Source: Cenococcum geophilum
Lineage: Eukaryota
DNA: 64,000 nt
Assembly (NCBI GenBank): GCA_050273025.1
Contig: CP158636.1
Coordinates: 9,734,001-9,798,000, forward strand
Reading direction: 5' to 3'
Below the pieces are notes generated by a model. That model saw only the letters and a list, made by a program, of their open reading frames with translations. It had not been told where the DNA came from and did no database searches. The first letter of the stretch is position 1. Every line of letters starts with the position of its first letter. This document shows, in pieces, positions 11,584-23,052 of this stretch. A program made the position numbers and the translations under genes.

Positions 11584-12187
11584 CAGTACTTTTATCAATA
11601 TTCAATGCGTATCAATAAGGATTCAGTATTTTTCAATATCTAGAAAAAATTATATTATTGAATAATAATATAACGTGTTTCATCACCGAGTGTCTGACAT
11701 CACCGAGTGTCCGACGTCAAAACGCACCAAAAATTGAGAAATTCATACCTTAATATCTTGACAACCACTTTATAATAAATTCCAATAATTTATACTTGGA
11801 CTTTTATATACACTTTACAGCTTCTATTAAAGTTGCATAGTAGCTAGTTAAGCAGCCCCTAAGATATTAAATTTGGGGGCCAAAATAAGGCCAAATTTTT
11901 ATATCTTAATAACCACTAAACTAATTACTATGTAATTCTAATAGAAGCTATAAAGTGTATATAAAAGTCTATATCTATATTATTAGAATTTATTATTAAG
12001 TGGTTGTTAAGATATTAAGGTATAAATTTCTCAAATTTTGGTGCATTTTAACGTCGGACACTCGGTGATGGAATACGTTAGATATTTAAACGCCTTTTAA
12101 TTTATATTTAATTCAATAATATGTTATTATGGTGTTGAAAAATACTGAATCCTTATCGATAAGTACTGAATAGTTATAAAAGCACTG
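11584..12187. mobile_element. hAT-type MITE hosting a second MITE
   Basis: TIR cagtactttta / taaaagcactg with long imperfect inverted arms. 8-bp TSD ctgactct (11576-11583) / ctggctct (12188-12195). Confidence 0.8.
11673..12078. mobile_element. Fot1/pogo-type fold-back MITE (ACGT ends, TA TSD)
   Basis: ta|acgtgtttcatcaccgagtgtc ... gacactcggtgatggaatacgt|ta. The whole element is an imperfect palindrome. Confidence 0.85.
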
Positions 12188-13438
12188 CTGGCTCTAGAAG
12201 CCCTTTATATACATAAGATAGGTACAGGTAGCAAAGGAGGGTGGTAGGCAACAGAAACAAGGTGGTGGGCAGCAAGGTGGTGAGACATAGGATGGTAGGC
12301 AACTGAAACAGGGTAAGCAAATCCGACAGCAGCTGTCAGTACTGGCGAGGAACTGCTGCTCAAGCTTGGGGATCCAAGAATGTGGAAATGATCTTGATTT
12401 ATCAATAATACGTTTCCTTGGGGGCTTAGAATATCACGTCTGAATAACCTTAACGTTTCGAGGGCTATAAAATGCTTTACCAGACGTTATTTGAGGGGTC
12501 TTACGTTTAGCTTTAGATATAAAACTTTGATTGGGTTTCAGTGTTACCTCTAAACTGTGGTAAGTTTTCAGGACATACCAGCTTTACTCGCGCTACAAAA
12601 GTCAACCATTAACTATAAAATACCACTTCCGAATTCCCTTAGTTTTACCGACGCCGGAAATAAGACTCCTACAACCGGCGTCTACGTCTCTATAGATATT
12701 AAACTTTTAAATTTCTACTCCGTACCTGACACAGTTCCCGGGAAATTCTAGCAAGACACTGTAAACTGCATACACCGCTCTTTACTAACTGATTTTGCAC
12801 ACGCCTTTATCCGCCCGTCTACCTTCACCCATGACTAAGGCTATGTGCTCCATCCCGCTGTGGCTACCCTTTAGACTGATGTAAACACGGTTGTCGTCCT
12901 GGAGTCCGAACATGTGTCTGTTAAGATGGGCGCGCCGGGAGTGGTTCATGGCTTTTCGGACCCCCCATTGTCACGTTTCGGAAACAAAATTTGTAATTTG
13001 GAACGATCTAGGGCTAGCAATGGCTTCACCGTGAATGGTCAGAATGTTAGCATGGGCTGTGAGTGCTCGCTCGCTCTGGGGCCATCAGTCTCTTGCCATC
13101 ATCTATCATCGGCAGGCAGTATGACCAGAGTTGGGAATAAGCAAGCAAGCTAAGCTGAGCAGGCTCAGCCTGCTGGCTTGCAATTTTTGACACCTTGAGC
13201 TTGCTTGCTTGGCTTGATTGGCCAAAATCGTCGGCTTGTTTGGCTTGCTTGCCAGCTTGATTAAATTTTATATAGAAGTTTTGGTGTTATATACAAAATT
13301 GAGGCTTTAGGCCACTCTAAAATCTCTCCTCCGCGGCCCGACTCGTAGTTATATAATACAGTTACGCAGGGGTAGTTATTACAAAGCTTGGCGAAGTGTT
13401 AAGAGAGGCCTCAAGGAACGCGTTAAGGGAGCCTCTAG

Positions 13439-14369
13439 CAGTACTCTTATCAATATTCAATATTAGTATAAGGCCGTATTGATATTGATTTTGAAAATTA
13501 ATTCAATATTGGAAAATATTGAAAAGATATTGAATATTGAATATAGTACAGTCTTGGTAAGGTGTTTTATTTGAAAGTAAGATCCGTACGCCCCTGGGCT
13601 CTAGTAGAGCTTCAAAATAGCCACTCTCTCGCGACTACTCTCACCACTATTGTCACCTTCGTGATCCTTGGCGTGGTGTAGTAGATGTCGCTGCTCTCTA
13701 GATTCTGCCAAGGCCTCCGAAGCCTCTTGTACCACATTTGTTACCATAAGCCCACATTAAACAGTACTATATTCGATTCTTGCCGTCGCGAATAGCTTTA
13801 TAAGGGAGGGGATCGCGGGCAAGCTGCCACGTAGAAGTAGCTAACCGGCGCCTTTTACGAGGCGACATTGGGGTGGTTACATTTGGTGTAGAGTCGCTCG
13901 ACGCGTCGTCGTCGCCGCTAGAGTGGGTAAACCGATCAGAATCAAGCCCAGAAATAGCAGAGGAGGATGCATCATCGTCCTTTTTTTTATTTATTTTTTA
14001 TTTTTTTATATCCATTGTATTATACTACGTACAATACTGCGCATGCAGCCTCTAGGCTATGGCGCTATAGTCTTATATACATGAATCCCTTAGGGCAGCT
14101 TAACATGTACTAGTAACTATGTTCATCGTCCTTAATTACGTTGGTAAATGAGGGAGGCATGGCGTTGATCAAAAGTAGAGTGTACGGGGTGGGGAGGTGG
14201 GCTCTTAGGGAGGTTACAAAAATCGTTGTGCGCGATGACTTGCAAGATCTAATTTGATGTTTGGTAATTTTTGCTTTGTATGGGTTTACCTAACAAATTT
14301 GAAATGCGCACGTATTATACATCTCTTCAATATTCAATATCAGTAACCAACATTCGATATTGACAAGAG
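13439..14369 (-). mobile_element. Internally deleted hAT-like element related to the 11584 MITE, one end truncated
   Basis: The end cagtactcttatcaatattcaat matches 11584. The minus strand from about 14160 reads MPPSF..SPRKRRRLATSTWQLARDPLP..IRDGKNRI*YC, resembling a fungal hAT transposase N-terminus. Partial inverted end tattgacaagag at 14369. Confidence 0.6.
13981..14122 (-). mobile_element. 5'-truncated LINE 3' tail with poly(A)
   Basis: Reverse complement of about 54310-54444. TSD tcatcgtcc at 13972-13980 and 14123-14131. Confidence 0.9.
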
Positions 14370-15098
14370 GAAGAAAACTAAGTAGAAACTAACTAAATAG
14401 TATAAACTATAGATATGGCCCAAAAAGATATAAAAGGCCTTTTAGGAACTACATATAAAGTTTATAAAAACTCTATTACTACGGTATTTTAACTTAAATT
14501 AGCTACTAATAGTAATTACTAATATATTGGATTTCGTCCTTATTAGTATTTTACTATAACCTAATAGGGATATATACGCTACCTAACTCTACTAAAGACT
14601 AGTAGTATTCTATAATAGAAAATTATAAAGGCCTAAAGTTAGGTGTTATACCTATAATAAGAAACTACTAGCTATAGTTAACTGCTTTAAATAGTTGTAA
14701 TATTACTTTAAGTATATAAGCTATACTACTTATACACTTTTAGATTATTATAATTTACGCTACTTTATAACTATAAAGGAGCTTATATATAACCGACTAC
14801 TAGACCCTATATATTGCCCTATTTTACTAGCGTTAGTACTACCTTCATATATTTCGGATATAGTTAAAATAACTTATAGGCTTTAGAGTTAGGGGTCTAC
14901 TTTTATATATTTATATTACTTGATTTCTATAGATATACAATTAAGTCGCTTATTTAATACCCATACTGTAAAAGCTTACATTATACCTTAATAAGCTAAA
15001 TAGGTAGAAAAGCTTATATAATTTAATTTTAAAATTAAATATAAACTAGGGGAAAGTAACCATACTAATAAATGTTATAACGGCTAGATTATACTAAT
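14370..15098 (+). pseudogene. Family C gypsy pol fragment (RNase H)
   Basis: Collinear with about 38115-38645 of element C. Confidence 0.85.
14788..14980. mobile_element. Solo LTR (193 bp), family not otherwise seen in the window
   Basis: tataacc(=tgtaacc)...gcttaca flanked by the 5-bp TSD ttata. Its removal restores the pol sequence. Confidence 0.8.
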
Positions 15099-18000
15099 TG
15101 TTACGGCACTAGCAGAAAATAGCAGAATGTAACGGCGCTATCGCACGTTACCTGCCAAATTCTGCCATATTCTACCGACCCGCGATTAGCTCGCCTGGGG
15201 CTGGCGCCTTAGCGGCTTACCCTATATATTTATTTACATCAGTCCTAGCGACCCCTTTTTCCCTTCTCCTTAGCTTAGTATCTTCGTAATATAGTATTCT
15301 ATAAGCTTTGGTTTAGAGGCATTTATATAAGCCGTAATATTATACTAAGCTTACTCTACTCTACCTAGGAAGGCCTCAATAATATCCCACCCTAAAAGAA
15401 ACTTTATCTATAATAACGCGTTAACGCGCTATGCTTAGACACTAAAATAACTTTACATTGCCTGGGAAGGCCTAGATAATATCCTACCTTATAAGCTAGA
15501 CAGGACTAGACCTATACCCCTAGAATTAAAACTAAAGCGTATAATACTAACAAACCTTAGAAAGCTAATAATGGCACCTAAAGTAAGCTTATCTAAGAGA
15601 GCTGCCTCTACCTGAGAGGAACCTAAGATCTAATTAGGATCAGAAATTAAAGATAATAATAACGTTGTAGATATACGCGAGTAGATTCGCGCCCTTATAG
15701 CCAGCTAGGAAGCCGATTATCTTAAAGCAAAAAATATATAAGAGACCCTACAAGAGATCCTAGAAAGCCTCGCGGCCCTATAAAATAGCCCAGCTTCCCC
15801 TTCTTAAAGCCCTAGCCGACCTATTTACTCCACTAAATATAATATACTAGGGAGTATAGATATAATAACAAAGCAATTAAAGTCCGTTAAGCTCCTTAAC
15901 CCCCTACTACTATCTAATAGGATAGACCCTACCTTTAAGAATTAGAGAATTTAAGTATAAGGAAAGCTCTATATTAACTATAACTATTTCCTTTCTAAAG
16001 AAGCTAAAATGCTTTACCTCTTTAGTTAAACTACTAGGGACGCCTAACGGTACCTTTAAGCCAAGTTTAAGGACAAGTCCCCTATCTAATTTATATCTGT
16101 TAATAAGATAATACGGCACTTAGCGGCTATTTATATTAACCTAAACAAAGTACAGAATGCCTAGTATAACTATAATCGCCTAATAATAAAACTGAACTAA
16201 CCCTTTACTAAATTTTAGACTTAATTCCTATACCTTATAGGAGAAGGCTAAGTTCCCCTTAAGAACTACTAATTAGACCTATATAATAAGCTAATAATTC
16301 GGCTATAAGAGAAGATTACTATAACCTTAGATAACCTACTAACTTACAATAGACTTATAACTTATTACCTATTATTAAACTTAGAACTAAAGTAGATTAA
16401 AGCCCGTCCTAATTAGTAGAGGCAACTTTATAGTAATTAGAACTCGCTAGCTATACCTATAAGAGCTAAAGCAGGAAGATAAGCTACGACTACTCTTATA
16501 CTAAAAACAGTTATAACTACGCACTAGTAAGTAACGCCCAACTAGCTATATACTACGCTATTAACTAGTATTTACCATAATACTCTAATTAACCCTACCT
16601 TAGCTACGTGCTATAACTATAATAAGGAGGGTTACTTTACCTTATCTTACCCAGAGCTAAAGGATATAGGCGATATTAAGGAGATAGAGGAAGGAGAAAT
16701 ATCTAATAAGTTAGAAAAAGAAGAACCCTAGAGAAAGACTCCCCCCTAGGGTACCCTATTAATCTTAAAGAGATTAATCTTAGTTAGTTAATAGGTGGAA
16801 AGTATTTCACGGTTCTATATATAGTATCTTAAAATAGATATAGAGTTAATATAACTGCCCTTATTAATACTAAAGCAAATAGCTTTACCTTTATAAATAC
16901 TACCTATAAATAATATTGCTAAGTTTTTAAATATAGAAGCCTATTTAGGTAAAAGGCTATAATGGCTAAGCTAATTAGCCTATTACCTACGTCTTAAAGT
17001 TATATATTGCTCTTAACGGACAATACTAATATAGTATCCCCTTTTATATCCTAGACCTAGGGTCCTATAATATAATCCTTAGACAAAAATAGATATCCTA
17101 TTTTAATATTTAGTTAAATATATAATAAAGACAGTTTATCTAGCCAGAGGATAAACTAAGATTACCCTCCTTTATTAGGGAGATCTAAACTAATCGTAAG
17201 ACATTAGCCATAAGGGCTAACCCTACCTACTAGTAGGATATCCTAGCCTATAATTCAGCCTTTACCTAAAAAACGCCCACCATAAAGCTAAAAAGAACTC
17301 TATACTAATAAAGATACTCTCCTAAAGCGCTATATTTAAAGAGGACTCTATATACAGAAGCGGGATAGATAGTAACGTAAACAACGTCTAAATTGCGCAG
17401 ATCTAACCGGTATAAAAAAGAACGCATTAATAGGATATAAGGGATAACCTCTAAAAGATATAATAGGAGTTAAAAGGAGTAATAATAACGCTAGTGCCCT
17501 AAAAGTCTATAAAGTTATATACGCCCCTATTGTTATACAACCCCCCTACCGTAGATATTACTGTAATTAGCGCTATAGCGTTCTACTTTAATATATACCA
17601 GAAGGATAATAAGGTCTTTATAATAAGCCTATATAAGATTAACTAAATTATTAATAATAGGGAGGAAGAGCTAGCTAAGGAAACCAACGAGGAACTAGTT
17701 AAACGCCTCCTTTTTACTATTTATATAAATTATAAGGATATATTCTTAAAGGCGGCTTTAGATAAGTTACTCCCTTACCGGATATATAATTATAAGATTT
17801 AATTAGAAGCTAATAACTTACTAGGTTATAGCCCCCTTTACTAATAATTAACGGATAAGCTAAAAGCAATAAAGCAGTACTTAATAAATAACCTAGATAA
17901 AGGGTTTATTAAACCAAGTTAAGCCCCTTTTACTTTCCCTATTCTGTTTATAAAAAAGCCTAATAAAGGCCTCTACTTTTATATTAACTATTAAAAGCTA

Positions 18001-21000
18001 AACACTATTACTTAAAAGGATCGGCATCCTATTCTATTAATTAATAAGACCCTTATACGTCTAAGCCGGGTAAAGATCTTTACCAAACTTAATATCCGTT
18101 AAGCTTTCTACTAAATTAGAATAAACCCTATATCTAAAGATTTAACTATGTTCTGTACCTATTATAGCTCCTATAAATATAAAATTCTTTCCTTTAAACT
18201 AATAAACGGACTAGCTATGTACTAAAAGTATATAAATAACGTTCTTTTTAATTACCTAGATGAATTCTATACGGCATACCTAGATAACATTCTCATATAC
18301 TTAAATAATAAACTTAAGTATTAAGTTTATATTAAAAAGGTCCTAAAGAGACTACGGAACGCAGGCTTATAAGTTAATATTAAGAAATGCGAGTTTAGGG
18401 TAAAACGTATAAAATACCTTAGGTTTATTATAACTATAAAAGAAATTAAGGTTAACCCTAAAAAGGTAAAGGCAATCCGTAACTAGAAGCCCCTTTATAT
18501 AGTTAAAGGAATCTAATCCTTCCTTAGTTTTTGTAACTTCTATTACTAGTTTATCCGTAACTACAGAATTATAATAAAACCTCTTATATAACTAACTAGG
18601 AAGGACACGCCTTTTATCTTTAATAATAACTATATAAAAGCCTTTAAAGAGATAAAGGATTGGCTTATCTCTTTCCTAATTCTTTATTATTATAACCTAG
18701 ACCTTAAATTAATGCTAGAAACGGATGCCTCTAATAGGGTTATAGCGGGAGTCCTATTATAGTTATATCTAGATAGTAAATAGTACCCTATTACATTTTT
18801 TTATAAAAATAAAAGACCTGGCTAAGTATAACTATAAAGTATATAATAAAGAAATGCTAGCTATTATTTAATTACTTTCCTAATAGCGCGCAGAGCTTAA
18901 GGGTATAAACTCCTAGATTAAGATATATATAGACTATAAAGCCCTAGAGTACTTTATAACTATAAAGCAGCTTACTAGATAATAAGCCTAGTAGGCTAAG
19001 ATACTCTCCTAATTCTTCTTTATAATTATATATCGTTTTAGTAAGTAAAAGTAAAACTTTAAGGCTAATACCCTAACCTAAAGAGAATAAGATATAGGAC
19101 CCTAGGATAAGCTAAAGACCTAATATTAAACGCGCGCCTTTTTCTATCCTAAACAGCTTAACCCGCAGATTCTTAAGGAGCTAGACTTCTAGCTAAACGA
19201 GCTAGCATTAATAGAGGAAACCTTAGACAAACTAATAGGGCTAATTAACCGCCTTTTAACTGTAAACCACATAGCTAACGCCCTAAAGGCCCTACGCGAT
19301 TAAGCCGCGAAAGAAGACCCTAATTTTAAAGTAGAGGAAGGGTTACTCCTATACTAGAAGCGGCTTATAGTTCTTAACGTTAATAATTTATAAACTAAAC
19401 TAATCTGTGAAGCTTATTGCTAGGTTTCTATAGCATACCTTAGCAAAAATAAAACTCGTAAAATTATTAACTGCTACTACTATTAGCTAAGAATAGTTGC
19501 GGATATTAATTAATATATATAAAACTGCAAAAACTATAGGAGAGCTATAATCTCACGGGATAAAACCCTAGGACTACTTAAGCCACTCCTAATACTAGAG
19601 CGCCCTTAGTAGCATATCTCTATAGACTTTTATAAACTACTTAGGGACCATAATAGATATAATATAGTTATAGTTATAGTTAACCGCTTTAGCAAATACC
19701 TATTTTTAATTCCCTATTATAAGAATATTAATACTAAAAAGGTAGCCCGGTTATATATCCATTACGTTTACTAAATCTATAGACTATTAGATACTATTAT
19801 ATCTAATTATAGGCTATATTTTATATCGGCCTTCTAGAATAAGTTTACCTAAATTTTAGGTATTAAGCTAAAGCTTTTTACAGCTTACTACCCCTAAATT
19901 GACGGCTAGATAGAGATTATAAACTAGTACCTAGACTAAAGGCTTGGGCCCTTTATTAACTATTTCCAAAATAACTAGTCTAAACTACTACTCTTAATAG
20001 ACTACGCCCAAGCAACCCTACCCTATAACTCTATAGGGTTTGCCCTAATTTAGTTAGAAATAGGATACTTACCCTATATAAGCTTTAACTAAAAAAGGCT
20101 AGAAGAACTCTAAACTATATAAGAGAAGCTATCCTATACTAAGGCCTAATAGTATACTAAACGCTTAGAGGAAGCTTAGATAGTAGCCTATAAGAACCTA
20201 AAAAAAGCTTAGAGGTTAATAGAATAGTAGACAAACAAATACCGTTAAGAGCCTAATTTTGCCCCTAGTAATATAGTCTAGGTTATAATAAGGAATTAAA
20301 AGACTAAACAACCTAGCTATAAGCTAGACTACTAGATAGCAGGACTATATAAGGTCCTTAAAAAGATAGGCAACTTATATAAGGTAAAGCTCCTAGATTT
20401 AATTAGGGTTTATCCTATTTTTTTGCTAGATAAGTTACAGAAAGCTATAAATAACCTATTGCCTAAATAAAAGAACGAGCTTTCCCTACTAGTTTAAGTA
20501 AACGGTGACGATGAATAGGAAGTTAATAAAATACTAGCCTGTAAGATAGTATAGAGAATGCTAAAATACTATATCTAATAGAAGGGCTACGATCTAGACC
20601 TAACCTAGTACCCTACGTAGAACTTTATAGGCTGCCCCTAAAAGCTTAAAGAGTTTTATAACTAATACCCTAATATACCTAGACAAATAGATAGAATACT
20701 AGTATAATAAAGATAATAAGTAACTGGAAGAATATAGGGATAAAAACGCCCCAAAGCCCTAATATATCTGTCTGCCAAATTCTGCTATATTCTACCGTTT
20801 TCTGCTAATACCGTAAAATTTTAGATATCTAGAAACTTTAACTACCGGTTAAAGTTGTCTAATTAGTTAGATCTATGCCAAGACTTTTAACGGCTATTCT
20901 TTCTAGCCTAGTGCTTCTACTTAGCTTATAATTGCCTTTTATACTTAGTCCAAACGCACTTATATCCCCTTTATCTCCTTATCTTATATATTTTATAATC

Positions 21001-23052
21001 CTATATTTATAAGCCTAGTGCTACCCTATTTCTAACTAAGCTTAAGGGCAGGCTTTCTTTTAAGAGGGGGGTAATATAACGGCGCTATCGCATATTACCT
21101 ACCAAATTCTACTATATTCTGCCGACCTGTAATTAGCTTACCTAGAGCTAGCGCCTTAGCGGCTTACCCTATATATTTATTTATATCGGTCCTAGCGACC
21201 CCTTTTTCCCTTTTCCTTAGCTTAGTATTTTTATAATATAGCATTCTATAAGCTTTGGTTTAGAGGCATTTATATAAGCTGTAATATAGAACTTAGTTAG
21301 CAGAACTTAGCAGATCTTCGCACCGGCAAGTTACTATAGATTGCCACATATTGCGGTTACGTGACGCGAAGATCTTATATAATATCGAGCGGCGCTACTC
21401 TTCTTCTCCTTTTCTTTCCCTAGCTTTAGATTCTCGTTTATAAACAATCTAATTATATAGGCTTGCGCGTCTCTCTTACTATACTTATATCTTAATTAAC
21501 TAAGTCGCTAATATTATCTAAAGCTCATTCTACTCTCTCTTCCTAAGAAGGAACTTAAATATATCTATAAGATTATAAATAGGACAAGAATATAGAATAA
21601 GACCCTAAGGAAAAGAATAGAACCCTAAAGAAAGGACTTATAAGATATACATAGACTAAAACCCCTAAAGAAATTACCTAAAATTACCTAATACCCCTAC
21701 TACTATGCAATAAAATATAGTAGTAGGTAAAGTAGCTATAGGACCCTTAAATACCTTAGACGAAGAAAGAATTAATGTTTTAACCCCCTAGGCGGAGCTT
21801 ACGGCAGCTAATACTAAAATTAAATAACTGCGAGAGCTACTTAAGGTTAGAGATACCCCTATATCTAATAATAAGTCATTATTAAATAACCAAAAACTTA
21901 CTATAGTCCTTTAGGCCCTATCCTAGCGCCTTAGTAGATCTATTAGGGCCTATATAGTACTAAAGCGGTTAATAAAGGTCGCGGATTCCTTATTACTTAC
22001 GGATAAAATAAACCTAATATTTAATAACTAGAAGCTTTAATTACGGAATAAGCTTAAAGTTAATACTAACCACTTTCCTACCCCCCAAGCTAAAATAGCC
22101 TATATCTTTAGCTGTACTAGTAGAGACGCCTAAATATATTTACGCCTATAATATACTAAAGACTTAACAGACCCCTTTATCTCTAAAGAGAAAATAATTA
22201 AATACTTATCTTTTATTTATAAAGACCCCTTTAAAGTATAAAACGCCCGCCTTAGCTATAAAAGCCTAAATATAAAAACAGCGGAGACCTTTTTAGCCTT
22301 TTAGACCTATTTTCTATACCTAGCCGATAGGCCTAGATTCCCTAGAAAGACCTACTACTAGACCTCTTTAATAAGCTTACCCTAGACCTATAGCGGGCCG
22401 TATTACTAGCTTATACTATAGTATAGACGTTAAAAGAACTTATGGACTATTACCTAGCTATTAACTAAGGCCTCTATTAAATTAAGGCACGCGCTAATTA
22501 GCTAAAAACTAAAAACCATATAAACCAGGCCATAAGTACTACAAAAACAGCCTATAGTGCCCTAGCATAATTAGTAACCCCTATAGCACCGGCTACTTAG
22601 CCTATAGTTAACCTAGTAGCTAGCCGTGTAGCTACCCCTACTCTAGGTCTAGTGTATACCTAGCCTATATATAGCGACCCCTATATATAGGCCCTTAGTA
22701 ATTAAAAAGCTTACTTCTTATATAGTTAACCTAGCTACCCTATAAGGAACTATTTAATAAAGGTAAAAACAAACAAGGTCCTATTAATTTAGAAAAATAG
22801 TATAAAGTTAAAAAAAGAGGAACCCTAGGGGAAGACTCCTCCCTAGGGTTAAAAGGAATTAATATATTATATATTAATCTAGGTTAACTAATTAGTAAAA
22901 AAAGCTGCAGTATCTCTTATACTTTATTCCGCAATAAATATTAAGTTTTAACCTCTGCTTTAGCTAACTTAAAAGTAAATACCTTTACTTTAATTAATAT
23001 AAAGTGCGTTATAAAACTAGCTAACTTTTTAAATACGCCTTTAGAAGAACTA
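15099..23052 (+). mobile_element. Gypsy family B, 5' part only (LTR 15099-15127 plus 21292-21513, gag, start of protease)
   Basis: The LTR 3' half and gag are homologous to element B' (LTR 23672-23949; gag about 32440-33530). The sequence breaks off in the protease region. Confidence 0.8.
15128..21286 (+). mobile_element. Gypsy chromovirus family A, near full length, RIP-inactivated
   Basis: 212-bp LTRs at 15128-15339 and 21075-21286, TSD cagaa/tagaa, PPT before the 3' LTR. Gag CCHC at about 16610, RT AYLD(D)IL at about 18275, RNase H, integrase, and chromodomain at about 20510-20660. Confidence 0.95.

Noticed and set aside
12200..13120. Possible degenerate gene with a short ggtggtaggcaac repeat
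   Set aside because: No sustained frame or recognisable family.
13126..13262. Possible hAT end (cagagttggg plus gctt/aagc repeats)
   Set aside because: No partner TIR or TSD was found.
20855..20884. Hammerhead ribozyme in the shared 3' UTR motif
   Set aside because: ctaattag cannot be de-RIPed to CTGANGA because position 6 is T, and no correctly placed GAAA follows.
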